Part shown: positions 17,862-27,139 of the stretch, one piece after another | Position numbering within the stretch: position 1 is the first letter of the stretch | How the letters are laid out: every line of letters begins with the position of its first letter | Source of the DNA: a cyanobacterium endosymbiont of Epithemia turgida isolate EtSB Lake Yunoko | Lineage (GTDB): Bacteria > Cyanobacteriota > Cyanobacteriia > Cyanobacteriales > Microcystaceae | Assembly: GCF_000829235.1 (NCBI RefSeq) | Contig: NZ_AP012549.1 | Coordinates: 1,920,001-1,952,000, forward strand | DNA length: 32,000 bases | Reading direction: 5' to 3' | Notes under the pieces: model-generated | The model's database searches: none | Told to the model about the DNA's origin: nothing | Seen by the model: the letters and a program-made list of their open reading frames with translations, nothing else | Made by a program: the position numbers and the translations under genes

Positions 17862-18533
17862 ATGAAAATACCGCAGTCTAGTCTTCTTGTCTCCTGTCAA
17901 TCTCCTATAAATTCTCCCTTAAACGACCCAGAAATTATAGCAGCCATAGCTAAAGCTTCTATTAATCAAGGAGCAAAAGGCATTAGAGTTGATACTCCAT
18001 CCCATGTTAAAGCTGTTCGAAAATTATTGCCTAATATCCCAATTATTGGTTTGTGGAAACGCTACTATCAAGGGTATGATGTTTACATTACTCCTTGTTT
18101 TTCCGATGCGGTAGAAATTGCTAACGCAGGGGCTGATATTATTGCTATTGACGCAACTCTCCGAAACCGTCCTCAAGAGGAAACTATGGTGAATTTAATT
18201 AAGCAAATTCATCAAGAATTAGGGACATTAGTCATGGCTGATGTAGATACTATTGAAAATGCGCTCGCTTCGAGTCAAGCCGGGGCAGATTATGTAGGAA
18301 CCACACTTTACGGATACACTAAAGAAACAGAAAGGTTTTCTCCTCCTGGATATTCTTTATTGCAAGAAATGGTTGAACAATTAAATATTCCTATTATTTG
18401 TGAAGGAGGAGTTAGTAACCCTCAGGATGCAAAAAAAGCTTTAGAATATGGAGCTCATAGTGTTGTTGTAGGGACAGCTATTACAGGAATCGATTTAAAA
18501 GTTAAAGCATTTAATTCTGTTTTTATTAATTAA
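17862..18533 (+). CDS. nanE: N-acetylmannosamine-6-phosphate 2-epimerase-like protein
   Basis: 223 aa. LLVSCQS...GAKGIRVDTP...IPIIGLWKR...YITP...GADIIAIDATLRNRP...GTTLYGYT follows the NanE TIM-barrel pattern. Confidence 0.8.
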   Translation: MKIPQSSLLVSCQSPINSPLNDPEIIAAIAKASINQGAKGIRVDTPSHVKAVRKLLPNIPIIGLWKRYYQGYDVYITPCFSDAVEIANAGADIIAIDATLRNRPQEETMVNLIKQIHQELGTLVMADVDTIENALASSQAGADYVGTTLYGYTKETERFSPPGYSLLQEMVEQLNIPIICEGGVSNPQDAKKALEYGAHSVVVGTAITGIDLKVKAFNSVFIN

Positions 18534-18561
18534 ACATCGAGTTTTCAACTTATTTTAAATT

Positions 18562-19128
18562 ATGTATTCCGATAATGAATCAGCTATTTATCGAAGGTTT
18601 TCTAAAGTTCCTATTGATCGTAGGGCTTATGCTTTTGTACTAGATTTTGTGACTATTTGGTTTGTAAGTTTATTTTTTAGAGGAATTTTGCAAGGACTTA
18701 TTTTTATTATTTGTTGGCTAACATTACGGGTTATTTTAGTAGAAAAAAATCAGGGGCAAAGTTTAGGAAGTTGGTCGTTTAACATGAAAGTGATTAATGT
18801 AGAATTGAGTAAAATTCCAGGTTTAATTGAATTAACTAAACGAGAATGCATTTTAGGCATTGTGGCTTTATTAGCAATGATCGGATTGAGGATGGGTTTC
18901 CATAATGGTTTATCAATGTTGTTATTAACAATGCCCTTATTAGTAGACTGTGGAATAGTCCTTGGAGATCAGGAGTTAAATCAAGCATTTCATGATCGTA
19001 TTGCTGGTACTATTGTAGTACAAACTAATCGAGGATTTTCTCTGGATTTACGGTTAAAAAGACTCCAGTTTATCATCCAAGGTAAAATCAGAAATTCTCG
19101 AGATAGAGATAAATATAGAGATGATTAA
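18562..19128 (+). CDS. RDD-family membrane protein
   Basis: 188 aa. N-terminal RRAYAFVLDFV, hydrophobic segments, and C-terminal HDRIAGTIVV are the RDD-domain hallmarks. Confidence 0.65.
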   Translation: MYSDNESAIYRRFSKVPIDRRAYAFVLDFVTIWFVSLFFRGILQGLIFIICWLTLRVILVEKNQGQSLGSWSFNMKVINVELSKIPGLIELTKRECILGIVALLAMIGLRMGFHNGLSMLLLTMPLLVDCGIVLGDQELNQAFHDRIAGTIVVQTNRGFSLDLRLKRLQFIIQGKIRNSRDRDKYRDD

Positions 19129-19169
19129 AAATAGAAAATACAGCAGTAGACAAATATATTCAAAAATCA

Positions 19170-19187
19170 AGTCCGCAAAAGCGGACT
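19170..19187 (-). terminator. Intrinsic terminator of the yidC-jag transcription unit
   Basis: GC-rich perfect 7-bp stem AGTCCGC-AAAA-GCGGACT. On the minus strand it is followed by TGATTTTTG. Starts 35 nt downstream of the jag stop, between convergent genes. Confidence 0.65.
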
Positions 19188-19221
19188 GATGAATCTAGAA
19201 GATCATTAACGAATAAATAGC

Positions 19222-19710
19222 TTATCGAAGTTTGACCACTAATCGCCTATCAGGTTCGTGTCCACGACTTTCTGTTTCCATATCTTCCACATCCTTCAAC
19301 AAAGTGTGAATTTGACGGCGTTCTGCCGATGAGAGGGGGGACATTTCTACCTCCTGTCCCGTCTGTCGCACCTGTTGGACTACCTCTTGCGCCCAGGTGA
19401 CAAGTTCCTCCTGACGCTTGAGACGATAGCCATTGAGTTCAACCGTATATCTCCGTTGTTCTCCGGATTCTCTACTCAAATTAATGAGAGTATTAGCTAG
19501 ATATTGAATCGCATCTATTCCTGCTCCCTGTTCCCTTAAGAGGAGATTAGTCTGTTGGGGGGTTAGCTGAGTTTTATCAATCGTCAGCCAGGATTCGGGG
19601 GATTCATCAGAATGACTTTTCTTGTCTTGAACCTTAACTTGTGCTCGAAACCCCATTAAAGTTAATAGGGTTTCGAGCCAAGCTTTACCTGAGTCGACTT
19701 CTCGCTCCAT
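19222..19710 (-). CDS. jag: Jag-like KH/R3H RNA-binding protein
   Basis: Track ORF 19222..19821 overlaps yidC. The ATG at 19710 (MEREVDSGKAWLETLL...) starts 34 nt after the yidC stop. C-terminal R3H motif (SSAERRQIHTLL...GHEPDRRLVV). The position after yidC is conserved synteny. Confidence 0.8.
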   Translation of the reverse strand: MEREVDSGKAWLETLLTLMGFRAQVKVQDKKSHSDESPESWLTIDKTQLTPQQTNLLLREQGAGIDAIQYLANTLINLSRESGEQRRYTVELNGYRLKRQEELVTWAQEVVQQVRQTGQEVEMSPLSSAERRQIHTLLKDVEDMETESRGHEPDRRLVVKLR

Positions 19711-19744
19711 CTTGACAACTTGTAACCTATTGTTAACTAGCAAA

Positions 19745-20875
19745 TTAAGACATTTTCTTTTTAGATCTTTTTTCGAAGGGAAGAGCTTCTTGGATTTTTT
19801 CAGCCTTTTCTTGCTGTGCAACCAATTTTTGTAGGTTTTCTGGTAGAGGTTCTCTCATCAAAATGACCGTTTGTAGGGTCTGAAAAACATTGGCCACAAC
19901 AATATACATCAACACCCCTGCCGGTAAAGGAAAGAAAAGAAACATTCCACTGAAAATCACGGGAGTAATTTTGTTGACTGCCTGTTGCTGTTGTGCTCCT
20001 CCGCCTGAAGAACCAGATAATTCTTGATTTAGATAAATACTAACACCAAAGAATAAAACCATGGCTAGGATGTCCAAGTTGATAGTTCCATCATCCCCCA
20101 TAACACCAACTCGTCCTAACGCCTTAATAAATAAGAAACCTGTTTTGGCAGCAATGCCTGGAATAGTGGCTTCGATAGTTACTTCTCCAGGAGCTAAGGC
20201 TTCTATCGTTCCATCTTTGTCTATTTTAACTCGTTCTGAGCCTTTTATAACTTCAAATATGGGCTCAATGTTACTTCCAGGGGTTTCAGTGACCAATTTC
20301 ATAAGAGACTGACCTTCAGTCGTTTGAAATTGCACTCTAGTCTTTTCCTCAACTGCTAATTTATTCCCTCCAGGTAGTAAAGCCATAATGGGATAATGAA
20401 GACCATCGCTAATGTAAATGTTACTAGGTTTGGTTGTAAAAGGTTGAGGGACAACACGCTCAATTTGTTCGCTAGGGAGAATTTGAAGATCAACTGTATA
20501 GTTAATATCAGCAAAGGGCGACCCCCGTAAGGTAGCAAATAGAGCAAAGAGAATGGGCATTTGTAGTAACAGGGGTAAACAACCCGCCAAAGGGTTGCCA
20601 AACTCCTGCATCACCTTTCCTATTTCTTCTTGTTGTTTGCCAGGATCGTCTTTGTAGCGTTGCTGAATTTCTTCTTGTCGCTCTTTCATTAGGGGCTGAG
20701 TAATCTTCATTTTTCGCATATTGCGAATTTGTCCCGCACTTAAGGGGTATAGTCCAAAGCGAACTACTAGGGTTAAGGCAATAATCGCAAAACCGTAGCT
20801 AGGCACAATCCTGTAGAAGAAATCCAGGATGGGCAGCATAATGTTCGTGGAAATAAATCCGACACCAAAGTCCAT
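19745..20875 (-). CDS. yidC: Membrane protein insertase YidC/Oxa1/Alb3 family
   Basis: 376 aa. Basic amphipathic C1 region ([24 protein letters not shown]), [22 protein letters not shown]-terminal TM core [19 protein letters not shown] and a basic tail. Synteny with rnpA and jag. Confidence 0.92.
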   Translation of the reverse strand: MDFGVGFISTNIMLPILDFFYRIVPSYGFAIIALTLVVRFGLYPLSAGQIRNMRKMKITQPLMKERQEEIQQRYKDDPGKQQEEIGKVMQEFGNPLAGCLPLLLQMPILFALFATLRGSPFADINYTVDLQILPSEQIERVVPQPFTTKPSNIYISDGLHYPIMALLPGGNKLAVEEKTRVQFQTTEGQSLMKLVTETPGSNIEPIFEVIKGSERVKIDKDGTIEALAPGEVTIEATIPGIAAKTGFLFIKALGRVGVMGDDGTINLDILAMVLFFGVSIYLNQELSGSSGGGAQQQQAVNKITPVIFSGMFLFFPLPAGVLMYIVVANVFQTLQTVILMREPLPENLQKLVAQQEKAEKIQEALPFEKRSKKKMS

Positions 20876-20985
20876 TCGTCTTAATCCAAGCGGTCTCGCT
20901 GTAGAGTTATTTGTAGTTTACTTTACCGAATATTGGTAATAAAGGAAGAGGTCAAGGAGCCTCTGACCTGGTCTAATTTCAAAAT

Positions 20986-21354
20986 CTATCTGCTGATAAT
21001 TGCTCCAACAGGGTTTACTGTCTTAGTCACAACTTTTTCAGCCATATAATTATAAGCCTTGCAGAAGTCAGAAACTGATCTCAACTCCAAAAGACGTCGT
21101 CCCATAGTCCGATTGTTCCCCGTGGGATTTTAACTATTTTGGGGATTTCGTCGTAGATAATGTCGGTATGAGCATATCTCATCCAACCATCTGTGACGTA
21201 GATGATTTGTAATGCAGTAACGCGATCAAATTGCTCTGACCACAGCCCCAACCGTCAGAGATAAGCAAATAACTGCAAATCTTAAAAAAAAATTAATGAT
21301 TAAGTCCCTAACATGATGCCATCCCTTATAAGGGGTATTCTCTCGTATGTTCAT
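20986..21354 (-). pseudogene. Frameshifted PH-domain (bPH_2/DUF304-like, slr1470-type) membrane protein gene
   Basis: Hand translation in three pieces. Frame a from ATG 21354: MNIRENTPYKGWHHVRDLIINFFLRFAVICLSLTVGAVVRAI* (stop 21226-21228). Frame b 21233-21081: QFDRVTALQIIYVTDGWMRYAHTDIIYDEIPKIVKIPRGTIGLWDDVFWS*. Back in frame a to the stop at 20986-20988: LLELRSVSDFCKAYNYMAEKV.... Joined, they give a roughly 122-aa protein matching the conserved gene between rnpA and yidC in cyanobacteria. The start overlaps the rnpA 3' end by 29 nt. Confidence 0.8.
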
Positions 21355-21709
21355 AGACAATATTAGATTTAATGAACAACTGCTTTAATTCTCGCAAGAA
21401 ATACTCATAATTGCACTCCCTTTGACTATGCCGCACTGTAATCACTACTTCTAATCCGGGAGAAATTATGGGAAGCAAGGAGCAAATTGCTGCTTTTATC
21501 TGTCGTTTTAGACGGTTACGAACCACCGCTTTTTTGCTAATTTTTTGGCTAATAGAGATACCAAATTGAGTTGGGCTCGGGATCATAGTTTGATGTTTTC
21601 TTGATAATACTCGCATCAAAAGATGAGAACTTTTATAATGTTGTCCCCGTTTATAAACAGCTTGGAAGTCTTTGGGTTTCTTTAGCCGATGGGCTTTAGG
21701 CAATCCCAC
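21326..21709 (-). CDS. rnpA: Ribonuclease P protein component
   Basis: 127 aa, basic, GTG start. N-terminus GLPKAHRLKKPKDFQAVYKRG and the RNR motif KKAVVRNRLKRQIK. Lies downstream of rpmH. Confidence 0.9.
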   Translation of the reverse strand: MGLPKAHRLKKPKDFQAVYKRGQHYKSSHLLMRVLSRKHQTMIPSPTQFGISISQKISKKAVVRNRLKRQIKAAICSLLPIISPGLEVVITVRHSQRECNYEYFLRELKQLFIKSNIVYEHTREYPL

Positions 21710-21812
21710 TATATTACCTGGTTAGAATTGGGTTAAAAACGACTTATATTATCACCCATGACGTTTAATTTTTATCTAAACCTGTTGACACTCGGAATAA
21801 GAGCAACAAGGG

Positions 21813-21950
21813 TTAAACAGATAACCGGTATCGTCCTTTTTTTCTTCTAGCTTGAATCACATTACGACCATTTTGAGTTCGCATCCGCACACGAAAGCCC
21901 GATTTTCTCTTTTGCTTTCGATTGGTTCCTCCTAGGGTCCGCTGAGTCAT
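21813..21950 (-). CDS. rpmH: 50S ribosomal protein L34
   Basis: Below the ORF-track size cut-off and found by hand: ATG 21950 to TAA 21813-21815 gives [45 protein letters not shown] (45 aa), the L34 consensus. Confidence 0.93.
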   Translation of the reverse strand: MTQRTLGGTNRKQKRKSGFRVRMRTQNGRNVIQARRKKGRYRLSV

Positions 21951-22009
21951 GAATTTATTCCTCCGACAACGTTACCGTTTACTTTATGCCTTGAAAGACA
22001 AGGTCTCTC

Positions 22010-22038
22010 ATTATACCCTTAAAAGCTAGATAAGTAAA
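22010..22038 (-). promoter_or_regulatory. Candidate sigma70-type promoter of rpmH-rnpA
   Basis: Minus strand reads TTTACT (22038-22033), 17 nt, TATAAT (22015-22010). The -10 box lies 60 nt upstream of the rpmH ATG. Sequence match only. Confidence 0.35.
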
Positions 22039-22195
22039 GGGTTGAGGAGTGATTTTTAAAACTCTAATCATCTTAATTGTCTCACATAAGTGAGGTTAAA
22101 TGACAATCTTATACTTCATCATAAAATTTATCTGTTCTCCTACTAAACTTATAGAGTGATTAACCTCTTTTAGAAAGAATTTATTTTTGCAATAA

Positions 22196-22239
22196 ATACT
22201 CTTACCTCAACTGATTTATACTAGTTGTGGTAAGAGTAT
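22196..22239. repeat. 44-nt hairpin: 11-bp perfect outer arms ATACTCTTACC/GGTAAGAGTAT plus 5-bp inner arms CAACT/AGTTG, one T/T mismatch, 10-nt loop
   Basis: Pairs checked by hand. Lies 93 nt downstream of the nth stop and about 245 nt upstream of rpmH. Confidence 0.9.
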
Positions 22240-22331
22240 AATTATGATTATACACTGAAAAATATAACGATTTACTCCAATAATTTGGAGGATTAAACAC
22301 TAAATATGGAAGTATTTAACCTCAATTTAAT

Positions 22332-22988
22332 CTATCCATCTACGACAGAAGGACATAAATAAGCCAATTCACAATCAAGACAATTTGGTTTTCTAGCATG
22401 GCAAGTTGCCCGACCATGATAAATTATGCGAATTGAAAAGTTTTCCCAGTCAGGTTGAGGCAATAGCTTCATTAAATCTCTTTCAATTTTTACAGGATTA
22501 GTCTCTTTTGTTAATTTAAAACGTCTACTTAAACGCTTAACATGGGTGTCTACTGTAACTCCTAGATTAAGTCCAAAACCGTGTGATAAAACTACGTTTG
22601 CAGTTTTTCGAGCAACTCCTGGTAAACTGAGTAACTTTTCCATTTCTTGAGGAACTTTTCCGTCAAATTCTTTAACGATTTTCTGACAGGAAAATTGAAT
22701 ATTTTTGGCTTTATTTCGATAAAATCCTGTCGAACGTATCAATGTTTCTAATTCTTCTCTATCTGCCTGAGCTAAGGATAATGCATCAGGAAACTTCAAA
22801 AATAAATTGGGGGTAACTTTATTAACTCTTTTATCAGTACATTGTGCCGATAAAATCGTAGCAACTAAAAGCTGCACAGGGGAGTCATAAGCTAAACTAC
22901 AAGTAGCATCAGGATACAGCTGTTTTAGAAGATCTAATATCACTAATGCTCGCCAGTTTTTATTTTTTTCCTTGTGCTTAATGCCCAT
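22332..22988 (-). CDS. nth: Endonuclease III
   Basis: 218 aa. HhH motif LPGVARKTANVVL, VDTHVKRL, and the C-terminal 4Fe-4S loop C-x6-C-x2-C-x5-C (CHARKPNCLDCELAYLC). Confidence 0.92.
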   Translation of the reverse strand: MGIKHKEKNKNWRALVILDLLKQLYPDATCSLAYDSPVQLLVATILSAQCTDKRVNKVTPNLFLKFPDALSLAQADREELETLIRSTGFYRNKAKNIQFSCQKIVKEFDGKVPQEMEKLLSLPGVARKTANVVLSHGFGLNLGVTVDTHVKRLSRRFKLTKETNPVKIERDLMKLLPQPDWENFSIRIIYHGRATCHARKPNCLDCELAYLCPSVVDG

Positions 22989-23031
22989 ATTTTTATATAA
23001 AAACTTACCATTAAATTTATTGAAATAACTC

Positions 23032-24090
23032 TCAGAAAAAGACTAATTCAACAGTATCACGAACAACAAGAAATAGTCCTAAACTAAGGAGTAACACTAA
23101 CCCTGTTTGCATTATGCCTTCTTGCAATCTATTGGGTAAGGGTTTTCCTCGTAGTCCTTCTACGATTAAAAAGATTAATTGTCCACCATCAAGAGCAGGC
23201 AAAGGTAAAATATTGACAATAGCTAAGTTAATACTAATTAGCGCGCCAAATTGAAATAGATTTCCCGCATTATTTTGGGCAATATTAGCACCGTACTCGA
23301 CAATTTTGACTGGACCTGCTACCTGTTTAGCGTTTTCTTGAAAATTACTCACAAGTTGCCAAAATCCTTTAGCGGTTAGAGTCACTAAATCTTGAAAAGC
23401 ATCCGCACTGTAAGTAAACGCATCAAGAAGTCCTTGAGACTTTTTCAAGTGTATATTAGGAATTAGTCCTACCCCAATTTTACCTTGACCTTGGTCATTA
23501 GACTTTGGGGTAACGGTAACAGATAAAGTTTCGCTATCTCGTTCAATCGTAAAATGAAGAGGTTGATTAGGAGAGTTTTGGATTGTCTCGATAAAGAAGT
23601 CAATCGCTTTTGGAAAGTCATCTAAGGGAGTATTGTCAACTTTCAGGACAATATCTCCCGATTTCATTCCTGCTTCCATTGCTGCAGATGCGGGTTCAAT
23701 AGTGGGAACAACTAGTCCAGATTGAATATCTTGGATGCCAACAGTAGCAACTTGCGCCACTAGAAGAAAATAAGCCAAAATAAGATTAGCAATCACCCCT
23801 GCACTAATAACAATGGCCCGATCAAATACGGGACGGTTACGAAGTAAATTGGGGTCATCTAGGGGAATTTCACCATCGAGATCATCATCAGGAAATCCTA
23901 CATATCCTCCCAAAGGAAAAGCACGAATAGCGTACTCAGTTTCAGTACCTCTATATTTTATGAGACTTGGACCAAAACCGATCGAAAAGCGGTTAACTCT
24001 GATTCCTTGGAATCTTGCGGCGGCAAAATGACCTAATTCATGAACGATAATTAACAACGCTAAGACTGCGATCGCTGCCAATACTGACAT
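23032..24090 (-). CDS. rseP: RIP metalloprotease RseP/site-2 protease (M50)
   Basis: 352 aa. HELGH zinc site in the first TM (IVHELGHFAAA), a central PDZ-like region, and the C-terminal NILPLPALDGG motif. Confidence 0.9.
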   Translation of the reverse strand: MSVLAAIAVLALLIIVHELGHFAAARFQGIRVNRFSIGFGPSLIKYRGTETEYAIRAFPLGGYVGFPDDDLDGEIPLDDPNLLRNRPVFDRAIVISAGVIANLILAYFLLVAQVATVGIQDIQSGLVVPTIEPASAAMEAGMKSGDIVLKVDNTPLDDFPKAIDFFIETIQNSPNQPLHFTIERDSETLSVTVTPKSNDQGQGKIGVGLIPNIHLKKSQGLLDAFTYSADAFQDLVTLTAKGFWQLVSNFQENAKQVAGPVKIVEYGANIAQNNAGNLFQFGALISINLAIVNILPLPALDGGQLIFLIVEGLRGKPLPNRLQEGIMQTGLVLLLSLGLFLVVRDTVELVFF

Positions 24091-26015
24091 AGTTTCTAGA
24101 CTAAATGGATAATATTAACTTTTTTTATTGTAGTGTACTTGGTGTGGTAGGGAACACTCGAACAAAAGAAGCAATGAGAGTAGGGTGGACAGAACATAAT
24201 TTAAGATAAGTTAATCAAAATAAAGCCCATCTTACAAGACTAAGCTCAACAAGAATTGAACCTCAATAGTGATTCGATGTAATAAAATAATCTATATTTT
24301 TTGCTTTATAACCACAAAAAATCACATTGTTTAAACAAAGGACGTCTTAAAGACTTATTGACTTGATTTTTGACACCTAGTAATAGAACTTTCTATGCAG
24401 TTCTTTATTTTGTTGTCATTGTATTATATGTTGTCATTATATTATATAAGTAGATATAAGACATATTTCAATATGTAGATTACTTGTAAAATATTCAATT
24501 AATCTCAATTCAGTTAATCATACAATTTTTTTATATATTTATATAAGTCAAAAAAATATCTCTTTTATTTTCTTTTGTATTCTAATAAACTATTAATGCG
24601 ATTTAAATTATTGTCTTTCTCAGGGAAAGTTCAAATAGAAAAATAATCATAAATATTCATTATAATTGAAGTTCTCGCTATATAGGTATATTAGACAATT
24701 GAGATATTTCAATATAAAACAGACAATACTAGATTCAAAATATAAATTTAACTCTTTCAAATAATTCAATGACATTAGTGTAATAAAAGTGATTTATTTG
24801 ATAAATTGTAACTCTTTAAAGTTAATCTATATTAAAACCCTTTTTAAATTTCCAATAAATTATATACATTCAACCTTTTCTCTTTACTAAAATAAAGTTC
24901 TCTCCTGCCTAGACTTGAGAAAGACTCTTAAACGACGAGATGATATTAGTTAATCATATCTTTTATGACTAACTATGTTTGTAGTTATTACTCTTAATAG
25001 TGCTACTTATTTATGTCTAAGCTATAGCACGAGGTAAAAATGTAGTGTCTACACATTCTCTAACAGCTTTAACTTTAACTTTAGGGAATATTTTTATATT
25101 TAAGTTTTTACAACATACTATTAATTCTTAATTTTGTTTGAATCTGGATATTCATGTAGAAAATATCGTAGTTTACGTCGAGTTCATTATACTATTTCTC
25201 TAATAGGGGTTTTACATAAAAATTAGTTTTACATAAAATAATGATATCTACTGGTCTCCATTGAATAGTTAAATTTTTAGATAATTAAATTTAAAATAAA
25301 TCTCTATTGCAACCCTTTAATAACTAAAATACTAAAATTTGTTTTCTCTCCATGAAATACTAATATAACTAAGTTTTTTTATTTTTATAACGTAGAATAT
25401 TTTTCATATACAACTATTATCATATATATATTTTTTTGATTAAAATATTATATTTTATATATTTAATCACTTTATTTTTGATGAGTAATTTTCTTTATTT
25501 TTTTTAAATAGTTATCGTTGTCGTTTATTATATTGTCTATAAATATTTTTTTGTTTACTATTTTAACCATAAATTTAAAGTATTAGATTTTATTATAAAT
25601 AAATAATATATCCTGTTTCTTAGTATTTTTTTTATACTGATTAAATAACTTGTTGACGTAGATTTGACTATAAGGTGCCTGCACAAAGTACAGTACTTAG
25701 TTTGCTATTTTATTACTTCTTTTATGACTAGAAAACTGTCATGAGCTTTTGGCGTAGTGCTATACTTTAGACTAGGTATACTAAATTAGTATCTAATAAG
25801 TCACAAAACTCTTATTTTAAACTTTGTCGATTACAATGTTTTCATAGTTAGGTTAGAAGGGCCTAATTAATTGATTTAAGCACTAATTGATCTAATTTTA
25901 ACTAAAATCAAGAGTTAATTTTTATAGTTTATTTGCGTAATAAATTTACTTGCAAAATAGTACGTTATATTTGACGTTTTGTCTTAATCTCTGATTGCCG
26001 ATTTCTAAATCACTT
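24091..26015. other. AT-rich ORF-free desert D (1925 nt)
   Basis: No ORF of 60 aa or more. Hand count of 25381-25440 gives 8 G+C of 60. Contains short tandem repeats. Confidence 0.9.
24411..24446. repeat. 2 x 18-bp tandem direct repeat TGTTGTCATTGTATTATA / TGTTGTCATTATATTATA
   Basis: 17 of 18 positions identical, units directly adjacent. Confidence 0.9.
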
Positions 26016-27062
26016 ATGACTGATTTTAACCTAACTTGTCCAATAGCCTTAGATCAATATCCTCAAGTCTTACTTGCTCATGGAGGAGGAGGAAAATTGA
26101 TGCAGCAGTTGCTCGAAAAGATGATTTTTCCTGTCTTTAATACGACTCAAAATACTCCTCCACATGACTCTGCTATTTTTGATTTAAACACTAATAAAAT
26201 TGCTTTTACTACTGACTCCTACGTTATTCATCCTCTATTTTTTCCAGGGGGAGATATTGGTAGTTTAGCTATTAACGGAACTGTCAATGATTTAGCTATG
26301 AGTGGGGCGCGTCCTCTTTATATTAGTGTGGGGTTGATCTTAGAAGAAGGACTGCCGATGGAAATTCTTTGGAATGTTGTTCAGTCCCTACAAAATTCTG
26401 CTCAAATTGCTCAAGTTAAAATCATAACTGGAGATACTAAAGTAGTTGATCGAGGGAAAGGAGACGGTGTATTTATCAATACTGCAGGGATCGGTATAAT
26501 CGAACATGATCAAATAATTGCAGCTCAAAGTGTTCAACCAGGAGATACTATCTTAGTCAATGGAGATTTAGGCCGCCATGGTATTGCGATTATGGCAGTA
26601 CGAGAGGGGTTGGAATTTGAAACAACCATTGAAAGTGACTGCACTCCTCTAAATTCTGTTATTTTAGCTATGTTAGAGGCCAGGGCAAACATTCATTGCC
26701 TACGAGATCTCACCCGTGGCGGTTTAGCTAGTGCCCTAAATGAAATTGCAATGGGTGCAGGGGTTATTCTTAACATTCAAGAAAATGCTATTCCGGTACG
26801 CGAAGATGTCCAGGGGGCGTGTGAAATATTAGGGTTCGATCCCCTCTATGTGGCTAATGAAGGTCGATTTGTAGCGTTTATTCCTCAAGACTCTGTAGAT
26901 ATCGTTATGAAAATTATGAGATCACATCAGCAAAATCCCTGCATTATTGGCCAAGTTACAGGAAGGGGGACAGGCATGGGGTTAGTCACCTTAGAGAGTA
27001 AAATTGGAGCTAGTCGTATTGTTGATATGTTAAGCGGAGAGCAATTGCCCAGAATTTGTTAA
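26016..27062 (+). CDS. hypE: Hydrogenase maturation protein HypE
   Basis: Track ORF starts at TTG 25995; ATG 26016 (MTDFNLTCP...) is preferred. PurM-like pattern [32 protein letters not shown] and the diagnostic C-terminal PRIC with terminal Cys. Confidence 0.92.
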   Translation: MTDFNLTCPIALDQYPQVLLAHGGGGKLMQQLLEKMIFPVFNTTQNTPPHDSAIFDLNTNKIAFTTDSYVIHPLFFPGGDIGSLAINGTVNDLAMSGARPLYISVGLILEEGLPMEILWNVVQSLQNSAQIAQVKIITGDTKVVDRGKGDGVFINTAGIGIIEHDQIIAAQSVQPGDTILVNGDLGRHGIAIMAVREGLEFETTIESDCTPLNSVILAMLEARANIHCLRDLTRGGLASALNEIAMGAGVILNIQENAIPVREDVQGACEILGFDPLYVANEGRFVAFIPQDSVDIVMKIMRSHQQNPCIIGQVTGRGTGMGLVTLESKIGASRIVDMLSGEQLPRIC

Positions 27063-27139
27063 GGTTTCGAGTATGTGAACAGGGGCGTTCTCGAAGAGTG
27101 TTAAAGTCTACGATTATCCGCCCCAAACTCCTTGATACA

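Noticed and set aside
19711-19821. The N-terminal 37-aa extension of the jag ORF ([12 protein letters not shown]...).
   Set aside because: It overlaps the 3' end of yidC and is a lysine-rich translation of the yidC tail in another frame. The ATG at 19710 gives the conserved Jag N-terminus.
19222-21950. Replication origin next to the rpmH-rnpA-yidC-jag block, as in many bacteria.
   Set aside because: I found no cluster of DnaA boxes (TTATCCACA or the cyanobacterial TTTTCCACA) here or in the deserts. There are only isolated 7-of-9 matches (for example near 2370, 3823 and 7874). dnaA and dnaN are absent from the window.
27063-27139. Hairpins TTCGAG-N18-CTCGAA and GGGGCG-N31-CGCCCC between convergent hypE and the 137-aa gene as terminators.
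   Set aside because: Short stems, large loops and no U-tracts. Not distinguishable from chance.
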